A stretch of DNA of 64,000 nt from Octopus sinensis (Eukaryota), in contig NC_042999.1 of the NCBI RefSeq assembly GCF_006345805.1, positions 97,092,001 through 97,156,000 of the forward strand, in the 5' to 3' direction. Shown piece after piece: positions 38,875 to 52,700 of the stretch. Made by a program: the position numbers and the translations under genes. The notes beneath the pieces are model-generated. The model was not told the DNA's origin, did no database searches, and worked only from the letters and a program-made list of their open reading frames with translations. Each line of letters begins with the position of its first letter. The first letter of the stretch is position 1.

Positions 38875-39434
38875 TTTTCTTCTCTAGGCACAAGGCCCTA
38901 AATTTTGGATGAGGGGGCCAGTCGACTAGATCAACTCCAGTACGCAACTGGTACTTAATCTATCGGCTCCGAAAGGATGAAAGGCAAAGTCGATCTCGGT
39001 AGAATTTGAACTCAAAACGTAAAGAAAGACGAAATACCTATTTCTTTACTACCCACAAGGGGCTAAACACAGAGGGGACAAACAAGGACAGACAAACGTA
39101 TTAAGTCGATTACATCGACCCCAGTGCGTAACTGGTACTTATTTAATCGACCCCGAAAGGATGAAAGGCAAAGTCGACATCGGCGGAATTTGAACTCAAA
39201 ACGTAGCGGCAGACGAAATACCTATTTCTTTATCACCCACAAGGGGCTGAACACAGAGAGGACAAACAAGGACAGACAAACGGATTAAGTCGATTATATC
39301 GACCCCAGTGCGTAACTGGTACTTATGTAATCGACCCCAAAAGGATGAAAGGCACAGTCGACCTCGGCGGAATTTGAACTCAGAACGTAGCGACAGACGA
39401 GATACTGCTAAGCATTTCGCCCGGTGTGCTAACG
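38875..39434 (-). mobile_element. Family A SINE with three tandem internal units
   Basis: AAAGGATGAAAGGCA(A/C)AGTCGA...GAATTTGAACTCA(A/G)AACGTA occurs three times at a ~190-bp period, with one head at 39434 and one tail at 38875. Confidence 0.9.
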
Positions 39435-39999
39435 TTTCTGCCAGCTCGCCACCTTGTTCTATACTGTAGATGCTTACATAGTCACTAGAAATATAGGCTT
39501 TATTAAATCGATAAATCGGATTTGCTAGGCAACTAAGTTAGTTAATGGATTCTTGATAGGCAAAATAACGTATTTTCCTTAACTGCTCGACATTTCACCG
39601 TCACTGAGATATCTAATACACTAGATGTATACAAGCAAACGTGCTTTTCTCAATTTCTCTGTGGACAGAAAAATACAGATTAGCATCACCATTTTCGATA
39701 TTAGTTGGTAGTCATTTCAGTAGTATAAGCAAGCATACATGCATATTATTGCATTCATTTTTTTATTAATTGATATTGATAGTATATGCTGTTTTCAGTC
39801 TTTGGACTGCGGCTATGCTCTTGAGTCAGGTACTTGTCTTATTTATTTTTATTTATCCAAACATTAAAGGATGAAACAGTAATGCAATATAAAAGCAACA
39901 ACTTTTGTGTAAACATGAATAAACACACATATTCATACGCATATTCACACGCACACACACACACACATACACACACTGACACAAGTAAAAACATACATA

Positions 40000-40034
<35 letters not shown>

Positions 40035-40384
40035 TGTGTGTGCGCACGTTTTTGTGTGTGTGTGCACGATGAAAAGTGATAGAGGGAAATTTAAAGGAAA
40101 ACAGGAAAAGCACACATGCAATGGACGTAGACAAGAGCAGACCCTCATCAGTAGTCAACCAAATATCCTAATAATTTTGACCCGCCTATAATATACAGTT
40201 TCCGCCCACCAAATTCCCCTCAAAAAAATATTGTTCAACAGAAGCCATAGAAGATACTTCACAGTGGTGTTAAACAGGTTCGAACCAGATTCACGTGGCT
40301 CCATCGTAGCCACAGCGCAGTGAATGAAAACTGTAATAGTGTATTAATGAAGTAACAGAATTTCATACAGTATTTAGATACGGC

Positions 40385-41030
40385 TTTTTAGACATTCTGA
40401 GTTCAAATACCATCGAAATTAATTTTGCGTTTCGTCCTTTTGGTGTTGATAAAATAAAGTACCTGTCAAGTCCTGGAGTTGATGTAACTGGCAAGCCGTT
40501 CCCCTCAAATTTCTGGTTTTCTTCCAATGTTATAAACAATTAATCAATTGTGGTGATTTGGTAAAATTATTAGAGGTCCAAACGAAATGCCTTGCAACTT
40601 CATCTTTCATCCTTTTGGGTCACTAAAATAAAACAGCAGTCAAGTACTTTAGGCGATGGTATCGAGCAGTACCGAACACGCTAATCTGCTAATGTTGTGC
40701 TTAAATTAGAAATAATTATTAAGTGCAGTGGATTGTTAGAATCATTACAGTTGGAAAAAAATGTTTTGCGGTATTTGTTCTAATTCTTTACGTTGTGAGT
40801 TCAAATCACGCCGAGGTCAACTTTATCACTTGGGATCGATAAACTAAAGTATCCGTCAAGTTTTGGGGTGGAAATAAAGACTAACCCCACCCCTAAAACC
40901 TGCTGGCATTGTGCCTAAATTAGAAACGAGGCGAGCTGGCAGAATATTTAGCGCGTCGAACAAGATGCCCTCGCATCATCTGAGTTCAAATTCCGCTACG
41001 GTCGACTTTGCCTTTTATCCTTTCGGAGTT
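40385..41030 (+). mobile_element. Cluster of degenerate family A SINE pieces
   Basis: Several GAGTTCAAAT..GTCGACTTTG / GGCGAGCTGGCAGAA segments. Confidence 0.7.
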
Positions 41031-41039
41031 GAAGTGTTT

Positions 41040-44000
41040 GTTAAGCTTTTGGGTCTATGTCATCGTATAACTGCCTCCCATAAAAATTGCCAATCTTGAA
41101 CCAAAATATGAAACAAAATTATTACTACTCGGAAAGACGAGTGGACAATGAAAAAGACTATTGACACTAAGAAAGACTTGTGGAGGCTGTGGACTTACAA
41201 TCCTCGCCTTTGTAACATGTAACAGATACCATGATTGGCTGAGAGGAGGGAGTCGAGAATCAATCAAACCCAGTTAACACTGAAATGACCTTGGACACGA
41301 ATACGGCTATTCATTCGAACAGCGAAAGTAGTGCAAACAACTTTGGATGCAATCTGTGCTGTAGGACCTTTGCAACCGAGAAAGGCACCAAGGAAAGACT
41401 TGTATGAAGAGGACAGAGCAGTAAATCATCCCCGGACTCAAACCACTGCGGATTGATAAATGCTACAGCAAATACCTCTTCCCGACAAGAAACTGCAAGT
41501 TATGAAACTGGTGCATCAGATAGTACTCGGAAGAAACCGAGGGTTCTGTGGCCTGCTGCTAATGAGAAAGGAAAATATAAAGAGTTTGAAAACAAGTTAT
41601 GTCGATCTCTTTATAACATGACAGACTCTACAGCGGAGAAACTGGGAAAGTTAACAAGCTCAATATACGATACAGGAAAGGAGTTATTTGGCGTGAAAGA
41701 TAGTATCCGATTAGCGAAAGGAAAGTATGGATCAAGCGGGAGGATCAGGAAAATGAAACAGTTGAGGAAGGAAAAGCCCAGCCTAAGAAAGTGATGGAAA
41801 AGTGCTGCAGAAGACAAAAAACCTGGCCTCGCGCTGCTGTACAACAATTTGAAAAGGAAATGCCGTTATGTGCAACGACATATCCGCCGATATGAATGAC
41901 GAAAGGAAAGTAAAAGGACTCGAGGTCATTTTCTGAAGGATCTGTATGGAGTTACTAAGAAGCTGCTCACTGAACCGAAGAGTGGCACTTTATCGTGCAC
42001 GAAAGAAGAATTGGACGCTCATATGAAAGAAACCTGCAGCGACCTGCATCGTAACCAGCCACTGCCACCTCTAAATGGGCTAAAGCATCTCTTGGAACCT
42101 GATATCGAATTTCAAATTGGGGACATCAGGGAGAAAGATGTGAATGAATTCGTGAGAAAAGCTAGAGCAAAGAGTGCCCCGGGAGGTGATGGCGTCTCGT
42201 ATAAAGTATACACATATTACAATCGTCTGCGAAAGAAGCTCTTTGTTCTATTCCGACAGCTGTGGCGCGAAGAGACTCTTGTAGAGGATTGGTGTAAGGC
42301 AGAAGACATATACCTGCCGAAGGAGGCCAATGCAGAGACTATGAAACAGTTTAGGCCGATATCCTTATTGAATGTGGAAGGCAAGATCTTTATAGGAATT
42401 CTCTCGAGAACAGTGACATATTTACAGAGTAATGAATATGTTGAATCTGTTCCAAAGGCCGGAATCCTTGGAATCCCTGGATGCGTTGAACACTGTTTTT
42501 CGATTTGGAAAGAGATCCAGTATGCCAAACAGAACGAGAGAAGTCTGGACGTGGTATGGCTTGACCTAGCTAATGTTAATGGCTCAGTGCCACACGAATT
42601 ACTGATGAGAGCCATGGACCACTTCCACATTCCAGAATAAGTAACTAAAATAATGAGGATATATTATGACAGTTTCGAGATAGGTTTGCAGCTGGAGATT
42701 TTACAACAGATTGGCACCGATTGGAGATTGGCAATGCTGCTGGCTGTACAATATCTGTCACGTGGTTTATCATAGTTGTGGAGATGATTTTGAAAGCCGT
42801 GGATTTTTCGGAACAAATCGCCCATGGACAATCGCCTAAGAAAGCCTTCATGGATGACGTGACACTTCTATCAACAGACAAGTAAATCATGCGGAGTGCC
42901 CTCTTGGGACTAGACGAACTTGTGAGGTGATCAAGGATGTGGTTTAGAGCAAAAAAGTCGCGTAGTCTGACACTTGTTAAGGGAGTGCAGAAAGAAGTTA
43001 AGTTTCGAATAGCTGAAGAAAGCATTCAAACGTCAAAGAATAACCCGTCAAGTTTGGGGCAAGCATATACTGCAACATTATCTGATAGGAATGAAAATTA
43101 TAAAACAAGCTGAGGTTCGATTATCAGCGATTGACAACTCAAAGTTATCAGGTAAATATAATATTTGGTGCTTACAGTACGGCTTGTATCCGAGACTTTC
43201 GTGGCCACTTTTAATATACAAGGTAGCATTGTCACGAGTTGAAATCATTGAACAAAAATGTAAAGTTTCCATTAGAAAGTGGCTAGGCCTACCTCGGATA
43301 TTGAGTGGTTCAGCTCTTTAGGTTAAAGAGGCTCGTTGCAGTTACCACTGGCGTCAATAGTCGAAATATATAAACTGGGGAAGGTACGAACAGTGATGAT
43401 GCAGAGAGTCAAAATGGAAATCAGGCGCAATCCACGAGATGTGAAAACAGCTAAGAATTGGAAAGCAGAAGCAGAGACTGATGACATCCTGTCTTCTCGT
43501 ACACACCAAGATATGGTGGGTGCAACGCAAATTCATCGGAAGGGACTTTGTTTTGGCGCAGATCAATTCCGACCGTTTGAAAGTATGATGCGGAGCAAAC
43601 GCAGATCTTTTGTTAGCAACAGTGTCAAAATGAGGGAAGCAGAGAGAGGAGAGTTTCATTTAATCCAATGCATTCAACAAGGACAGATGACAAGATGGGA
43701 GAAATATGTTGTTGAGAGGAAAATAAGTTGGGATGAGATATAGAGGTGGACCACATCTCGGCTAAGTTTTCTGATTCGTTCATGCTATAATAATTTGCCA
43801 TCACCTGCAAATCTAGTAAGATGGAATGTCTCAGAGAATGATATATGCAAATGCTGAAAGATCGGAACACTGAAACATATTCTTTCCAACTGTTCACTAG
43901 CATTGAACAGGTATACAGGGAGACACAACCTGGTCCTTAAGGTTATCTTCAATTCTATGAAGAACCAAATTTATCTCAACAACTGAAAAAAGAACCGTTG

Positions 44001-44680
44001 AAAGTAGCAACTAGAGATTTCATTACCTTCATGCGCTCAGGATAGCGGATCCGTTTCAAGAACAACAAACATCCTGTGAGAGATGAAAAATGGAACGGCC
44101 ATTGGGAGGTGACTACAGATTTACCACGGTGCCAGGAACTCTTTCCCATCCCAATTACGAAAAACACCGGACATTTTAATGTAGTGTGAAAGAAAGTTGT
44201 GAATCTAGTCGAGTTAACGGTTCCTCATGAAGATAACATGGACACCGCTCGAGATCGAAAGACTGACTGTTATGTAAACCTCCTCGAGGAATATGAAGAC
44301 GCAGGCTGGAGAAGCGAAGCGTTTTCCAATTGAAGTCGGATGTAGAGGGTTTGTTGGAGACGGTGTGAGACGACTGTTATCGTTAGGCCTAACTCATCGT
44401 AAAGTAAATACCACCATGACCGATATCCAAACTACAGTGGAAAAGGCTAGCCACTGGATTTGGTTAAAAAGAGACGATGAGCGATGGCTAGAATATTGAA
44501 CTTTATCTGATAACAGTTGATAACCAACAAGCGGAGCCTGATATCAGTGAGGTGGGGCAGTGCACATTGATGCCGCCGAGAGGTAAGCTCCGAAACTGCG
44601 CATTCTCTCCTGATGACCCCATACACTTGCTGGCTTCCGGCACGTGCAATTTGTTTGAAAAACAACTAAAATAAAGTAAA
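41040..44680 (+). mobile_element. Near full-length but inactivated Hero-like (R2 superfamily, RLE) non-LTR retrotransposon
   Basis: N-terminal zinc-finger relic (FGCNLCCRTFATEKG, ~41342); RT motifs KSAPGGDGVSY, FRPISLLNVEGKIF, WLDLAN..GSVPH, KAFMDDVTLL (42841); LQYGLYPRLSWPL; CCHC relic LKHILSNC..RHNLVL; RLE region VELTVPHEDN and PIEVGCRGFVG. Many stops and frameshifts. Confidence 0.85.
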
Positions 44681-44959
44681 ATTTATATTACAATGTATGT
44701 GTTTTTTCTAATACCTGTGAACAGAATACTAACCATGCCTGCGCTGGTGTAATACGTGTGTTTTTTTGTATGTGTGTTTATATGTGTATATGTATGCATA
44801 CATGTAGATAATCTATCTTGCTTTGAGTGTAATCTGTGAGTTTACTCTCTGGCTCCAAAACCTAAGTGTTTTCCTGAATTACTCGCGATTTCACATGATA
44901 TTAATGTGAAGATTTGAAGGTTTGATAATCCAGCGGAATGAACATGTTCCGATTGCTTG

Positions 44960-44968
44960 TGTGTGAGT

Positions 44969-45062
<94 letters not shown>
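44960..45062. repeat. (GT)n microsatellite
   Basis: Directly visible. Confidence 0.97.
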
Positions 45063-45065
<3 letters not shown>

Positions 45066-47944
45066 TACGTGTTTATACGTATGTATGAGAGAAACAGAAA
45101 ATGGAATTCATAAGAATATTCATCACAACGATCGTTTCGACCCTTCTTGCAGGTGGGATACTATACAACTGGTTGTGGTGCAATGGTGGCTACAACTTAC
45201 GAGTATCACCAGGAAAATAAAATAGAACGCTAATTTAATTTTTGAATAGCTTCATGAATAATTGTCCAACAAAGGAATTCAATTTAATCGCAATATTTTG
45301 TAAACTCTCCTTGAGCTAATATCGCAGCTTTCACTTGATTAGGCATAGTTTTGATAAAATTATGGGTGACAGATTGATCCTACTTTTCATTCAATGCTTC
45401 TTTTAGTTCTATAATTAATGTAATTGATATAGATTTTTGACGAACTTACTTGTAATCACCTATCAAGATATTCCTATGTATGTTGCATTGAATTAAGATC
45501 GAAGATTTCAGAAATTTGATTCCGTGGATTCTTGCTTGTTTAGCATGAGTTGCGTCTTATATTGATCTTTTCATCAATTCTTATATTAGGACAGATCGAT
45601 AAGATACCTTTTTTCAATATTTAAGAGCATTTTAATCCATGTAAATGATTTTCAATAAAAATTAGCTCCAATCTGTGTGTCGCTCAGACTGACTCCCCTT
45701 TCCATACAAAACTTCAACGTCTCCATTTTGAGCAGTTCCTTGCAAACAATCTGATTCATGCTTCATATATATTTTCATATATTTTTACCTTGATTTGGAA
45801 AATTGTCAGAATATACTTTCAGGAGACCATATTAATGATGACCAAATTTCGTCTAATATAACCCTTTAACCTAATCGACTCAACTGGTTTTATATGCTAT
45901 TGAAATTTTTGGCTTCTTTCTTGCATTTTTTCGTTCATACCAACGTGTGATGTTCTTACGCAATATGGTAACATGCCCATAGAATTTACAACCTCTCTAA
46001 CAATTCCAGGTCAATGTGTAATACCGTTCCCTTTAACTGCCCTCTTTGTCCTCTTAACAACTTTCTGTGCCTCACTCCCAAATTCACTCAGCAATTTCCA
46101 TCTTCAATCAAGCTCTTCACTATATTATCCAGTGTTTCATATGAATACTGAAACTCAGATATTCCTTGACTTGGTTTGTCACATTGATACCAGCCGATGA
46201 CTTACCCGTGTGTAAATTGATCGATATCTTTTTCCCAATTGTTTTCATAGTTGTAAATCCAAAAACAATTAAGCTCATGTATGTACCTACAAAAAAGGGA
46301 AATATATCTAATTAGAGAAAGAAAACGAAAAATCAATGGTTGAATTGTGTTCGTCCATGCGCGCGTATGAGTGTATGGTTTAAAATTTTCCATAGGTCAC
46401 TTTATGTGTGTGTTTGTGTGTGCACGCGTGCGTGTACAGATTTGTTTGTATGCAGATACACATTAACATGTATATATGTGTATCTTTCTTTGAGGGCAGT
46501 TTTCTGTGTGTTTTGTTATTCTGCTTACCAATTATCAATATAGGGTGAAGTGAGGTAATTGACACAAACACAAGATGTTGATATTTATATAACATCATCA
46601 GTTTCCAGTGTCAAAATTATTTTTCTTAGTAGAATGTCGTTATACGTTTATCACTGTCATGCATGCACTATGTATGCCTGCGCAAGTGCATGTGTTTATG
46701 TATGAATGTATGTATGCATGTATATGTGTATGTATTAGGAAAGCATCTGGGTAGATGTATGTGTGTGTGTGTGTATTATGTATGTGCTTAATTGTACATA
46801 TGTATGCATTTATATATTTATGTGTCATTTAACGGTAACTGATATCATGTATAAAAAATGAGGATAAGAGTCGCCGGAACTGGAATTACCCATAAGACAA
46901 AATGACATTTCGTTAATATAGAGAACATATTCCAGTATATTATTACATATATTCTTTATTAAGCTATTATTATGCTATACATACACAAATATGCATTTAT
47001 ATATATTATAGTATGGCAGTCGCTATGTGGTAGCAGCGTGTGGTGGAGTGTGAAGCAGGAAACGTTTTTAAAATCAACAAATTCGTTAACTCCGTTCACT
47101 CGACTTTACTCAAACAAACGTTAATAGGACGAGAGACGTCATCTTTCTGTTGCTTTAATTCACTGAAACATCCTGTACATCATCACCTCTTCTGCCATCG
47201 TGACTTTCACTATCTTTACTGTCGCTATTGCTACCATCTCTATCATGCGCATCAACCCCATCGTGAGGAAAAGGCTAAAAAAAGGGAAAATTCTTAGGTG
47301 TTCGACTAAGTTCACTTTCGAATATCATCGGTTTCCAACGGACTTTGGATTTTACCCTGAAGAAGGGAAAAGTTGAGGGAGAGATTATTATGATGAGAAG
47401 AGAGAGATTGGGGGTGCGGGGTGTGATTTCAAGTTCATGGTATATGAAGAGGCTAATAGTTTATGTAAGTATAGCAAATGAGAAGGGGTGTTGTAATCTG
47501 AGAGACTGATGTTGATTTTAGCGGAACAGATAGGAGAGATTATGGTGCAAGACAAGGAATGACGGCATGGCGGCGGACGTACTGTATTTACATTTTGTGT
47601 TTAGTGAACGAGCTGACTAGGTGCAGATTCGTGGGTGTTCAGTGTAGTTGATCAATAGCCAAATGGCAAGGTGTAATATAACGGTTGTGTGTCTCTATGT
47701 TTGTGTACATGCGTACTTTTATTTGCTGTATACGTGTATTTGAGTATCTGTGTGTTGTGTGTATGTTCATGTGTGTTTGTACGTGTGCTCATGTGTCTTT
47801 ATGTGTGCATGGATTTTGTAAATGCGTGTGCTTGTGTATGTGTGTATGTATCTGCGTTTTGAGCTTCTGTGTGCGTGTGTGAAGGAATTTATGTATTTGT
47901 GCGCGCGTGTGTGTATGTGTGTGTATGTGCGTGCGTGTATGTGT

Positions 47945-47984
<40 letters not shown>

Positions 47985-50285
47985 CTGTCTCTGAATATTT
48001 GTATATATGCCTATGTATCTTTGAATGTGTGTCTGTCTGCCATTTTGTACCAGGTCTCTCCGTCATTATGGATGCGTGTCTGTCTGTCTATCTGTTGTTA
48101 TGTATATGAGTTTGTCTCTTATTATGTATATGTGTCTAATTGTAAATGCTTCTCTGTGTGTATGTCTGTATGCGTGTGTACCTGTGCACTCGGAGTTCTT
48201 GCAATGGGAAGGTAAAGACCCAGAAGGAAGGATCAAGAATCTGTCAACATCGTGAGATACAGACAAATGATGTTTCTGTAGCGGGGGGGGGGGAGTGGTG
48301 TAAGTATAAGTTGTATATTTGCATGTATATCTTGGTGTATGTGTAATAGAGAGTGTATATTACATATATATACGTACGTGTGTGTGAGTGTGAACACAAC
48401 GTACTTGAAAGGATGGAAAGACAATTAAGGATTAAGTTTATTTAAACATCTACCTTCACCAATATCAACATCAACCGCTGTTGCACCCTCAGGCACCCAT
48501 CAACCCTTCGACAAATCAATAACCATAAGAAAATGGTGTATTTGATGACCCTGTGGCCCTTCTTTCTATCACATTCCCTAGCCTACCGTTTCACTGAACT
48601 CAAGTTCAAATACTTCGTCCTTTGTGACCCGCTGGAGGTCAGACACACCTAGTATTGATTTTCCTTGTTTTCTTTGCCTCATTCTTTTTATTTGAGAATC
48701 TTTGTGTGTAGAGGAGATAGAGTAACGTGTGCTTCTCTCTGTCTCTCCTGTCTCTGTTGTCCGTTTTCCGAAGAGTTCTTTGATTAGTTTCTCCACGCAC
48801 ATACACACACACACACACACCTGCTTTCATTTGATATTCTTTCTCTCTATCTTTCTTCCTCTCCCTCTGTCTTTCTTTCTCTCTCTCACTCCCTCTCATA
48901 CATACACACACACACACAAACACACACACATGCATACAACTTTCAGTACATAGTACGTTGAAGTTGCTTTCCATTCTCTCTGTCCATGCCAGCAGATGTA
49001 CGGGCGTTGAACGTGATCAACTGAAATACTCGGGCACTTGGCCAAGTTATTTTACAAACCTAATGCTATCTTTACCACTTCCTAGTCAACAGATTTTACC
49101 GATGACAGAAACCGGAATTTGAAATTTGAATGCAGGCAGCCAAAACCGGTACAGCGTGACATCACATCCAATTCTGCTATATTTTGTCAATCCACCGCCC
49201 AAGCACTCCATTTATTATATTGTCACTTTATCGACTACGAAAGGACGAAAGACAATATTAACTTAGGCAGAATATCAACCCAGAGTGCATGAACAAATAC
49301 CGAAAGGTATTCAGTCCGACGCTCTTACAATTCTGATATTTCTACATCCATAATAAATTAGGCATATATATTCTTTTGGGCTATCTGGAAGCTCTGCCAT
49401 TGTGCTTGCTTTGGAACGGGCTGGTGCTCATGTTTTATTAGCATCAAAGATTTCAAGATATTTTGGCTTTAGATGATGACACACGTACTAATGTTGAAGT
49501 ATCTGTAGGTGACATCATCATTTTTGAAATTCGCTTTATCGGTGGCAAATTGGCAGAGTTCTTTGGGCTGTGCAATCAAAAGTTAATTTTTTTATTAAAT
49601 GCTTACTCATTTAATGTTCAACATCTGTTTCCACCATTCTAAAGGACTTATAATAATTAACCCACTGTGCACATTGAAAGAAAAGGTTTGTCAATCCTGC
49701 TTGACAAAATTACTCGATGCGCATGCTTAGTTGCAGTCGTTGAATTATCGCAACAAATCGTTATAAGTGGTGGAAACAGAAATTAAACATCAAATCAATA
49801 ATTATCATTTGTTGGAGTAGAGATGCCAATTTGAGGCTTTTGAATATTTTAGATGGTTGCAAATTGATTCTGATGTATGTTGAAAATTACACGGATGACT
49901 GACGATGGCGAATGTTTTTATTTTTCTGCTTGGTATACCCAGAACGCAACAAGCGTTAATAAGTAACGGCGGTTAATCGGACATGTAATAGATGATACTC
50001 TTCAACACCGGCTTTCCCAAACCGCTTTGAATGAGAGAGAATGTGAGTGAACAAATGAGAACGAAACTAAATAAAGTTTTCCTCGTAAAATTAGGCGCTA
50101 TTCAGAAAGCTAAACGGGCCATCATCACACACACGCACGCACACACAGATTTATATCTATATATAAAAATAGCAATTTCTGTTTGACTGTCTGTCCGTCT
50201 GCCTGTTAAAATGTTCGTATTTCATGTCTACATAAGAATCATCATCATTTATTTATTTATCTATTTATTTATTTATTTATTTCAG

Positions 50286-50470
50286 GTCATACAATGCTGT
50301 GAAACCCGTGGACAGTTAAATATCCAACTACGTCGATTCCAAAACAAACGGGGTCTGACATTTAAAGGTCACTGCTGTGATGACCAGGTTTCGTGGCCAC
50401 CTCTAAATAGGCATAATTGCACTGAGTCGTGTGACTACGTGCTACGGCTACTGATTTCAGGCCTTGGTCG
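50286..50470 (+). CDS. Internal coding exon of a Notch-ligand-like (DSL family, Delta/Serrate-like) gene; end of signal peptide plus first half of the N-terminal C2/MNNL domain
   Basis: Acceptor tttatttcAG at 50284-85, donor GTAAGT at 50471. 185 nt, phase 0 to phase 2. Encodes VIQCCETRGQLNIQLRRFQNKRGLTFKGHCCDDQVSWPPLNRHNCTESCDYVLRLLISGLG, matching the remembered DSL N-terminal pattern G-x-F/L-x-L-x-L-x-x-F-x-N-x-x-G...G-x-CC...C...C. Confidence 0.85.
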
Positions 50471-52374
50471 GTAAGTGTACATTTCCATTTCGAAATAGTT
50501 AAAGGAAAAGTCCACCGAAGGGAAGAAAGATAACAACCCGATAGCAGTGCCATTTGCCATATTATTTTAACATGGGCTGGACTGTTACACACACTGGAAG
50601 GGGTGAGGGCGATTGGGCGCAGCTATTTGAATGCTGACCATTTGGCACGGTGATCTCACATTCAGCCTGCTTTTTTTGTTGTTGTTTTTTTGGGGGGGGA
50701 GGGCTTTGCGACAATACCCTTTAAGGTTGAAGGAGCACGCGCAGACATATATACAATAATAGATCGAAAGAGTGTGAGAGAAAGGAGAGAATGACATTAC
50801 AATTTATTAATTGAACATGGTTGACATAGATAGTTTTCCTCTCCTCGTACTCATAAAGAGCAATATGCTTACATACATAAACAGGCAGAGGTGGGGAGAA
50901 AACAACTGAAGCATTAAAATGTCTGGTGTCAAATAAGTCAGCGTCGAATCAGCGACGCCAAAACGGCTGTTGTACAACGTGTCATACCCATACCCTGCAC
51001 AAACACCAGACGTTGGACACATCATGCAATCAAACCAAGAAACAAGACAGTTGGGCTGAACATTCCGAAACTTAGCCGGTACCAATTCCCCTTGATAGTT
51101 TAATAAACTGAGGCCATGTAGCATAAGGAATCGTTTCCAGAAACTCAACGAAACACCTAGCAGCAGACTTAAACATATAAACTATGTACAATTTGTCCAA
51201 AATCTAATGTACTCGAATATCTCACCTACGTACCAGAAACTCCTTCAGTCAGGCAAGCAAATTTGTATGTAGGAAACTATAGAGAACTGCCGTACTAAAT
51301 GAGTGCTATGCTGTTTTTGTTTGTTTATTTGGAACAATATAATATAGACAGAAGGCCTGAAATTTGGTAGGATACTTTCAGTCTCAGTACGTAACTGGTA
51401 TTTTATTTTTCGATCCCGAAATGATGAAAACAAAGTTAATCTCAGTGCGATTTGAACTTAGAACGTAAAGAGCTGAAACAAGTACTGCAAGACCCCTTCT
51501 GACGCTCCAATGAATTTGCCAGCTCTCCGCCTTTTTTGAAGCGGGGACAGCACAATGCTATCGGGCACTTTCTTTCGGATGTGATGCTCGTATCCACTCC
51601 CACTCCCCGTAGGTGTACGTCATTCGGCAGCTGCCATTCCTAAACATCAGGCCTGGTAACCACATTCAGTCTTCAGTCAACTATATCGACCCCAATACTC
51701 GTCTGATAATTATACGGATCGACATTACTTCCTTACGTAAACAGTTATGAAAAAAGAGAAAAATCAACATAAATATCTACGCTATTCTTAAAGAAAAAAC
51801 TATGCGGGATTTGTTTAGTTCTTGTTTCCTTATAAATACTGTGACTAGGTAGAATAATGAGAACGCAGAGGGTCGAAAAGTCAAAGTACCAAGCAACTAA
51901 CTGAAATATCTACCGTGTGTACTTTGCCACCGACGCTGTGTTATCTCTGTGACTAAGACACAGTCCAACTTACTTTCAATAACTATATCAAATAGTGTAT
52001 AATATTCCCTGCTGTGTGCAACCTGCAGTATTAAAAACAATTCTGGATGCTTCATTAACTTGTAGTGCTAATTTCAATCCCTACTGTAGGTCTGAAGTTG
52101 ACAATGGAGTGATATAATTCAAGTGTATTTCTCTATTGAATCTATACATAATGAAAGTATAGTTACTGATCTAACCAACGTCTACCTGGAAAAGTACCAA
52201 ATAATGCACTGAAGTGTAATCAACTGATTCTTGATTTTATCTGCTTTTGGTATTTATTTGTCGACTTTTTTTAGAATTGAAGCATAAAATCTCCCCCTTA
52301 CAATGCAAGATTTAACCTAAAGACAATGACTAACAAAAACACTCAGAGAGCACAAAACCTCCGCCAGTGTTTCT

Positions 52375-52700
52375 TTATTTTGGCACTTCGGCTATCTTCA
52401 TTGTCTTATATATCACCGTTCTTTTCATTACATTGGTTGTTAGTTCCACAGGCGACGTTAATTTCAGTGTATTTCCGTCTCTTTCCAGCAACTTCTCGCA
52501 TTCCTTCATTTTTCGAGGTTCAACCTTTATTTCTCGTACCTCCACCGTTTCCACGTCTATCCCTTTTCCAGTTGCAGCCGCATAACTGTGGCCACCTGCT
52601 AGCGTTTTCACCATTTTTTCCACAATGGGAAAAAACAACAATTCAAAATAACAATAGCAATAATTTGAACAGTAACAATCAATCAAATATTTAACACTAT
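52375..52700 (-). mobile_element. Possible LINE ORF1 5' fragment
   Basis: ORF reads MVKTLAGGHSYAAATGKGIDVETVEV..., with the SYAxA motif common at the start of non-LTR ORF1 proteins. No ORF2 is adjacent. Confidence 0.35.

Noticed and set aside
38875-39434. CRISPR-like or satellite array
   Set aside because: The units are whole SINE segments without unique spacers, in a eukaryotic context.
41453-44499. Active autonomous retrotransposon
   Set aside because: The ORF is broken by numerous stops and frameshifts; no intact element exists in the window.
44545-44615. Canonical hammerhead ribozyme in the Hero 3' UTR
   Set aside because: CTGATGA follows GAAAC too closely, and the upstream core and cleavage triplet are non-canonical. 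Kept only as an unclassified structured motif.
45201-45255. Minus-strand ATG...GTAAGT first-exon candidate
   Set aside because: The ATG frame hits TAA after six codons.
47170-47300. Hydrophobic stretch ILYIITSSAIVTFTIFTVAIATISI as the signal-peptide exon
   Set aside because: An in-frame stop lies just upstream, there is no initiating ATG and no phase-0 donor.
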